Positions 58,093 to 64,000 of a DNA stretch of 64,000 nt are shown here, one piece after another. Numbering within the stretch: position 1 is the first letter of the stretch; each line of letters begins with the position of its first letter. The stretch is taken from IMG/VR virus record IMGVR_UViG_3300045988_160394, positions 64,001 through 128,000 of that record; one strand, 5' to 3'. The notes under the pieces were generated by a model. That model had not been told where the DNA came from, did no database searches, and was given only the letters and a program-made list of their open reading frames with translations. Source of the DNA: a virus. Position numbers and translations under genes: made by a program.

Positions 58093-61000
58093 ATGCCACC
58101 TATTAATAAGATACCATTTAAAGTGAAATTAATGTCAGAATCATTAGCTGGCAAAAGTTATGATAAATCTAATATATCAAAACAATTTATTGTAATACAC
58201 AATATGGTTGGAACATCTGAAAGTTCCCTAAAATATTGGAATAGTGGCTCAGGTGGTCAATACACTTCTGCACATTATTGTGTAGATGATAAAGAAATTT
58301 GGCAAACTTTAAAAGATCAATGAGCAGGTCGACATTGTGGGAAACCTAGTCCTTGGGCAACTTTAAAGGGATGTAATAATAATACCTCTATTGGTATAGA
58401 AATAGCAGATATGCTTTGTAACCAAAAACAAGCTGTAGATAATGCTATTGATGTCGCTAGACATTTAGCAAAAGTTCATGGGATTCCATATGAAAATATT
58501 GTTAGACATAAGGATGTGTCTAATACTGATTGCCCAAAATGGATAGAAAGTCATAATTTATGGGATTATTTTAAAAAAGAAGTAGAAAGAAGAGATCAAG
58601 AAAACGTAGAATTGTGTTATGATCCTTCTACCGCAATATCTGGAGATGTTACACCAGGAGACAACGGTACTGCGTCACCAGAGACAGGTGGAAGTCAAAC
58701 TCTTCCTAACTTTGATAATAGGGAAGATTGAACAAATCTAAAAGAAATAAAAGGTGTTGTATTAGTTTGCATGCCTCCTCAACATTTTACTACTTTAAAA
58801 GATAAAGATGAAAAATGGGCAAAAGAAAAGTATGCTAAGGAGTTCCATTTTCTATATGATACTGAATGGAAAGAAGGTAAAGAAAAAACCTTAATAGCTA
58901 GATCATTGTTAGATAATGATAGGCACACTTATATAGAAAGAGCTTTATATAATAATAAAGCAGAAAAATCAGTATTAAGTGTAGGTATGTTTTTACCTCC
59001 TATGTTAGATGATTATCCAGCCTATGAAAAAAAATTAATAGATAATTTAGGCAAAGTAATTTATGAGAATAAATTAAACACTAAAGATCTATGGAGAGAA
59101 TTTGATTTCAATAGGACACCATCACCATTTATGTATCTTGATAGAGAACAATGGAAAAAGTTTTTAAGAGAGATAGATAAGCAAGTTAAATGGAGATATG
59201 AGAAATTTGGAGAACCTCTTCAACCAGAGAAAGATCCAACTCAAGATAATACTGATTATTCAAATATAAAAGAGAATATAGGTAAAGAAACAGTTACTTC
59301 AAGATATTGCTTATTAAGAGCAAATCCTAGCATGACTAGCCCAATAATACTGGCTTTAGAAAAGGATGTGCCTTTAACAATTACAGATGCAGATACTAGA
59401 GGCTATTATAAAGTTAAATTAGCAACAAATCAAAAAGAAGGTTGGTTAGTCGCTAAGAGCGTTAAAATAGAAAAAGAAGAAGAAAAAGCTACTTTAAAAC
59501 CATTAGTATTAGCTGCTGTTAAAGAAAAAGATATTCCTCAGCCAGAGATAACTCCAACTATGACTCATGACCAATATTTAAAATGGAAAGAACTAACCGA
59601 TCCTAAATTAATAGATGAATTTGTTGGAGAGTGTGAACCTTACGATAAAGGACTAAAAGAAATCATAGATTCAGCTGTTAAAAATGATGATAGATTAACA
59701 TCTTTAACTAAGAATATGGAAACAGAGAATAACTCTACTATTAATTATTCAGTTACAGAAGCATCACCAGGAGATTCTGGTCATTGTGTTAAGCCTTCTG
59801 CTGAACTTAATGTATTAATAAAACCTAGAGAATCTATAAAAGTAGATCCTGTTTATCCTGATTTAATTGTTCCTCCAAATTACACTCCAACTGATTATAA
59901 TATAAGGTCTCAAAATTCTATTCCTATGGCTACATTAGAAGACGGATCTTTAATAAAAGACGCTAAAGATTTCGATAATGATCAATTAACGTTTGATTAT
60001 GAGCTATTAAATGATAAGAAAAAGATATCTAAAGGTAAACCTATTAACTATTTGGACCCTTATCCATATGATGATAAAATAATAGAACTAGAAAAACATC
60101 ATCCTAAAGTAAAGATAGATGAAATAGAAGCTAGACTATATGAAAGCAATCATCCAGGGGACCCTAGTTCACAACCAATGGCTAAAAATTTTGCATTGGT
60201 TTATGATGCTATGTTAAAACAATCTAGTAGTATAGAGAAAAGACTTGTGAAGATAGAAAATGTATTAGCTAATGTATTACGTAATCAAGGTAGAATTGGT
60301 TCAAGAATAAACGTAAATTGTGTTTATTATGGAGGTCAAGACTCCTTTGGAAAATATAAAACAATTAGATGTTTATGTGATGATAGAATACATGATGCAA
60401 GTTCTGTTACATTAGACCAATGTTTATCTTGTACTAGATACGAACCTATCTTAGGACAAGTATATGATATTCTAGATGATACAGGTATGAATGGAACTGT
60501 ATTCTTAGATAACATGCAAATGGGTTATATGAATTTAGATGATTTAAAAAATCTTAATAGAGTTGAAAAAAGATGTACTTCTAATGAATATGCAAATGTT
60601 AATAAAGAGATGGAAAAACCAGAATCTCAAATTAAGAGATGGGAAGAATCTGATAAGAAGATATATATAGAATCTCTTAAGAAAAAGATTACTGACGAAA
60701 AGGAATTAGATAAAAAGATAAAAGAGATAAAACAAGAAGATTATAGCTTCAAAATGAATTGGTATGAGCAAGATTTAGATGTTCAAGAACCAGATGTAAA
60801 ACCTTATCCATTAGAGGGAATTAAAGCTAGGTATAAAAAAATAAATCTAAGTAATCCAGGAGAAGAATCAGATAACTATCTAGAAAAAGAATCTGTATTA
60901 GATGATTCTACAGATCAAGATACTATAAAAGATATGACTGATTTAGAGAAATTAAATAATGGAGAATGGGTTGATACTAGAGAGGAAGCTGATACTACTG

Positions 61001-62247
61001 AAATAAATAAATATTCTTCTGAAGATTATTATTTTGAAGATTTTAATATAACTAGAGCAAGTAGTGGTGTAGGCTCATCACCTAGTGGAGTATTTGGAGC
61101 AGAAGCTCGTAAAAAAATTGTTGAGAAGGCTAAAGAAATTGTTCAATTACATGCAGAAGGCAAAGCAGGATATTCTCAAGGATCACCTCCTGGAAATAGA
61201 ACTGTTAATGACGAACACCGTATAATGGGTAGTAATTCTGTATTAAGTAATGTAGTAGTTTATGATTGTTCTTCATTTGTTTCTTGTTGCTATAAATATG
61301 CTGGATTAAATAGTATGTATAATAAAACTACTTACGATCAAGTAGCAGCAATGACAAGTAAAAAAATGCCTGAACAATTTTGGTTAGCAAATGCAGAAGG
61401 AGTAAAAAAAGCGTTACCAGGGGATTTAATGTTTAAAACCTCAGGTATATCAATGTCAGAAAGCAATATAGGTTCTTATGTTGATACAGAGCATGTAATG
61501 ATATATATAGGAGATAACAAAGTAGCACATGCTTCAAGTGGTAATAGACCAGTTCCAAAACAAATACCTATAGATAATGTTGATTATTATTTAAATTCAA
61601 GACATTTCTTTGCAAGACCTTGGGATTTAATAGAAGCTGATAAACAAGCTCAAGCTAATGGAGTTATAGGTGGAGGAGCTGAAGCAGTAGGAAACATAGT
61701 TACATCTAAAGGAGAAAACTTTGGCTATGTATACTCTTTCCCTAAAGCAGTTTGTTCTGTATATACCGATACTAATAAAGGTGCAAGTGGTGCTATGTGT
61801 ATACCAAGCGAAAGTAATATAGTAGCAGCTCATAATATGCCTTATGAAACAGTTATTTATATTAAAGAACTTGATGGAAAAGGCGGAGGAGGAACTGTTG
61901 CATTTAAAAACTGGTTAGGTATAACTACTCATACTAAAAATTTAGGTCAAGTCAATAACGGAGTCTTTATCGTTGGTGATACTGGTGGTCCATACTTTGA
62001 CTTTGATATATGTACAAATAAGTTTTCTAACAAAGGGAATATGGATGTTTTAGTGTTAGAATGGGGTAAATCAAAAATTCCTTTCTGGTCTTTCACAGAT
62101 GCAATTAACAATGAAGGTAGAGCTTTCCCTAAATATCCAGATGCTATTAGATCATATAAACGTATGAATGGAACAACAATTAACTTCTTTAAATTCAAAG
62201 ATAAAGATAAAGGATTAAGTCAAAGTTCAAAATGGACTTCTATTTAA
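58093..62247 (+). CDS. 1385-aa multi-domain peptidoglycan hydrolase: amidase_2/PGRP, SH3b-like, NlpC/P60, 3D-like domain (two in-frame TGA codons)
   Basis: TGA 58321-23 and TGA 58729-31 join ORFs 58093.., 58411.. and 58771..62247 in one frame.
- Amidase: VIHNMVG...SAHYCVDD...DQ[W]AGRHCG...NNTSIGIEIAD...RHKDVSNTDCP.
- SH3b-like: RYCLLRAN...GYYKVKL...GWLVAKSV.
- NlpC/P60: YDCSSFVSCCYKYAG...GDLMF...HVMIYIG.
- C-terminal 3D-like: VGDTGGPYFDFDI. Confidence 0.75.
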
Positions 62248-62266
62248 AAAAATTTTTTTAAAAAGT

Positions 62267-62351
62267 GAATAATCTTAGAGAGAAGTCATATAGTAAAATC
62301 ATGAGAGTAATCTTTACGACTCATAAACTCTCTCTCGATTATTCTTTTTTT
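62267..62351. terminator. long imperfect hairpin flanked by A and T runs; candidate bidirectional terminator
   Basis: GAATAATC..GAGAGA... / ...TCTCTC GATTATTC followed by TTTTTTT. It is preceded by AAAAATTTTTTTAAAAA, so a U-run exists in both orientations. Confidence 0.55.
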
Positions 62352-62397
62352 GATCTTTTGATATTTTGAACACGATTATGCTTATTTTTGTCTGCAT
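62314..62397 (-). CDS. possible 27-aa minus-strand micro-ORF
   Basis: The reverse complement reads TAGGAGGTTTAATT ATG CAG ACA..., encoding MQTKISIIVFKISKDQKKNNRERVYES*. It has a strong RBS at 7-nt spacing. It is the only plausible minus-strand gene in the window. There is no homology evidence. Confidence 0.25.
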   Translation of the reverse strand: MQTKISIIVFKISKDQKKNNRERVYES

Positions 62398-62441
62398 AAT
62401 TAAACCTCCTAACTAACTTTAATTTGATATATAAATTAGAA

Positions 62442-62473
62442 AGAACACCTGAACGGATGGGTGTTCTTTTTTT
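62442..62473 (+). terminator. rho-independent terminator without an obvious upstream plus-strand gene
   Basis: AGAACACC-loop-GGTGTTCT followed by TTTTTTT. Confidence 0.55.
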
Positions 62474-62559
62474 ATATATGAATATACTAATATTAGACAA
62501 AGGTCAACTAGTTAAACTTAGCCGAAGGGCATTTGAATAATAAATAGGAGGAATAAGTT

Positions 62560-62688
62560 ATGGCTTTGTATCCAAATAAGTTTTCAAGTGATTCTTCATT
62601 AAAACCTAAAAAGGAGGCGAAGAAGATGGCTTGTAAAGGAAAAAAGAAAACTACTAAAAGCGGCAAATGTGGAAAAGGAGGTAAATAA
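62560..62688 (+). CDS. possible 42-aa lysine-rich peptide
   Basis: ATG 62560 after TAGGAGGAATAAGTT. MALYPNKFSSDSSLKPKKEAKKMACKGKKKTTKSGKCGKGGK*. Below the ORF-track length cutoff. Confidence 0.35.
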   Translation: MALYPNKFSSDSSLKPKKEAKKMACKGKKKTTKSGKCGKGGK

Positions 62689-62690
62689 TT

Positions 62691-63017
62691 ATGATAGGTA
62701 ACATAGTATATCTTCATTTATTTAAATTACCTGAAACATTAGCTGTTAAACAATCATTAGACAAACATAGATTTGTTAAAATCATAGAAGAAACTCCTGT
62801 TCAAGGTGGTAAACAAGGAGAACAATATATAAAATATAAAGGTGAATCTTTATATGATAGTAAAAAAGTTTATGAATTTAATAATTATTTAAGTCCTTTT
62901 AATTATTCAACATTAGAAGATTTAGATAGTATTGTTGAAAGTTTAAAAAACATTTTGCTTCCTAGTAATTATGATGATATAATCAATATGATAAATGAAG
63001 TAAAGGCTATTAAATAA
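62691..63017 (+). CDS. hypothetical protein
   Basis: ORF track. AAGGAGGT RBS. TAA stop. Confidence 0.55.
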   Translation: MIGNIVYLHLFKLPETLAVKQSLDKHRFVKIIEETPVQGGKQGEQYIKYKGESLYDSKKVYEFNNYLSPFNYSTLEDLDSIVESLKNILLPSNYDDIINMINEVKAIK

Positions 63018-64000
63018 TTTATTATATGGGTGTCGAAAGACTCTTGTTGTTGGTGTACTACGGAGTGTCCCTTAAGCACTTTAAAACCATCAATGGGTAT
63101 GGACATTTAAAACCCATGCCACTGTTCCGTGAATGACGGGTATCGTAAGAGTAGAATATCATTCACTTGTATTGTATGCAATATTAGTCAAGGATAGAAA
63201 TGGCTTCTATCACGCTACTAAAAAGTAGTTGTCAGAGATGTAGGGTTGCCAAACTTACTAACTAATTAGCAAAACTAACTTCGGTATCAAATGATTCAAC
63301 TTTATAGCTAGTGTAATGTCCGTTAAGCATTTAAAAGCTATATGATCAATGAAACTTATGAAAGGCAGAATTATAAGTGGAGATCATCATTCAGGTTTAT
63401 AGTTAGATCCTGTTATGCTTACTTTATTGAATTATAAAATAATCTTTAAAAATAAAATTAATAATGGCGTTAATTGAAAATCTTTTATCACAATAAAACA
63501 ATAAAGGAAAAACATAAAAAAGCTATAATCATAACGATCATACTGATATTTCCTACGGGTTGTCAGTTAATAAATGGAGGCGAGTTGTCCGCAGAATTAA
63601 CCGTAATAGTGGGGATTAATACACTAGGCAATAAATCTACTCCTACATCTAATAGGGTTAGTAGTCTTAGAAAGACTATAATCTTAAAAGGGCAAGGTAA
63701 CAGCTAGAGCACAAATCCTAATCTGAGAAGTTAGGTCGCATTAAGTGGTAAGACACTATTTTTTAAATAAAATCAGTTACTAAAATCTTAATTGACGTGA
63801 GCATTCTTCTTCAGCTATTAATGAAGATGAAAATAAGTCTCTTCTCAGCAGTTGAGTATATGCTATGACTAGTAAAATAGTCTATCCAATATGAGGAGAA
63901 ATATCATATGCGTGGTGGATACAGGTGTATGACATATAGCAGGTCAGTTACCATCGCACTGGCTGTCAATTTAACCTGTAATTTTAATAGAGATCCCCCT
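63018..64000 (+). ncRNA. ORF-free, GC-enriched, helix-rich region: candidate large structured RNA or intron (truncated by the window end)
   Basis: No credible ORF in any frame, even with TGA read as sense. Many local hairpins:
- GTC-GAAA-GAC
- CATGGGT..ACCCATG
- GTGAATGA..TCATTCAC
- GATAGAA..TTCTATC
- TAGTCTT-AGA-AAGACTA
There is a long-range complement, CTGAGAAG (~63725) / CTTCTCAG (~63842), and a repeated motif GTCCnTTAAGCAyTTTAAAA. The strand assignment is assumed from context. Confidence 0.45.

Noticed and set aside
4490-62198. About 30 minus-strand ORFs of 60-104 aa in the ORF track (for example 4490..4672, 5686..5946, 9732..10046, 18236..18493, 19110..19391, 40011..40229, 48638..48898, 61947..62198).
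   Set aside because: Each lies antisense inside a longer plus-strand gene with clear homology or an RBS. They have Leu/Ser/Ile/Phe-rich low-complexity products typical of the antisense frame of AT-rich coding DNA, and they lack RBSs.
63474-63707. The 77-aa ORF in the terminal non-coding region.
   Set aside because: It has a TTG start without an RBS and odd composition, and it sits inside a region whose sequence is better explained by RNA helices.
1-64000. A code-4 host (Mycoplasma or Spiroplasma phage) as the explanation for TGA read as Trp.
   Set aside because: The window encodes amidase_2, NlpC/P60 and 3D-type peptidoglycan hydrolases and a holin, which implies a walled host. The phage also carries its own tRNA(UCA). 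This is an inference and remains open until the host is known.

Overview
Visibly AT-rich segment of a large tailed-phage genome, coded almost entirely on the plus strand. No capsid or tail genes are recognisable here.

Gene content:
- Replication, recombination and nucleotide metabolism: GyrB/GyrA, a RecA-like recombinase plus a paralogue, Rad52-like annealase, Mu Gam-like protein, tandem-OB SSB, DnaG primase, DnaE, UvrD, two SNF2/DEAD helicases, NrdD/NrdG, dUTPase, Tdk, Tmk, HU.
- A sigma factor-ClpP-ClpX block.
- A trifunctional Pnkp-type RNA repair enzyme.
- A holin and a 1385-aa multi-domain peptidoglycan hydrolase.
- A tRNA array at 2.1-3.7 kb.

Main observations:
1. TGA is used as a sense codon, best read as Trp. 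I count 20 in-frame TGAs in 10 genes. Joining the ORF-track fragments across them restores conserved motifs, and every CDS I call ends in TAA or TAG.
2. The tRNA array opens with a Trp-like tRNA carrying anticodon UCA.
3. Its 3' end abuts a minimal HDV-like self-cleaving ribozyme fold. A second copy, with compensatory stem changes, lies about 800 nt downstream. The two copies bracket a GIY-YIG homing-endonuclease gene.
4. gyrA and the recA-like gene are each split by a group I intron carrying a homing endonuclease that itself needs TGA read-through.
5. gyrA exon 2 has an unexplained 2-nt frame offset.
6. The last ~1 kb of the window is ORF-free, GC-enriched and rich in helices. It is a candidate large structured RNA or intron, truncated by the window edge.

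All coordinates and folds were worked out by eye, with no search tools or folding programs.
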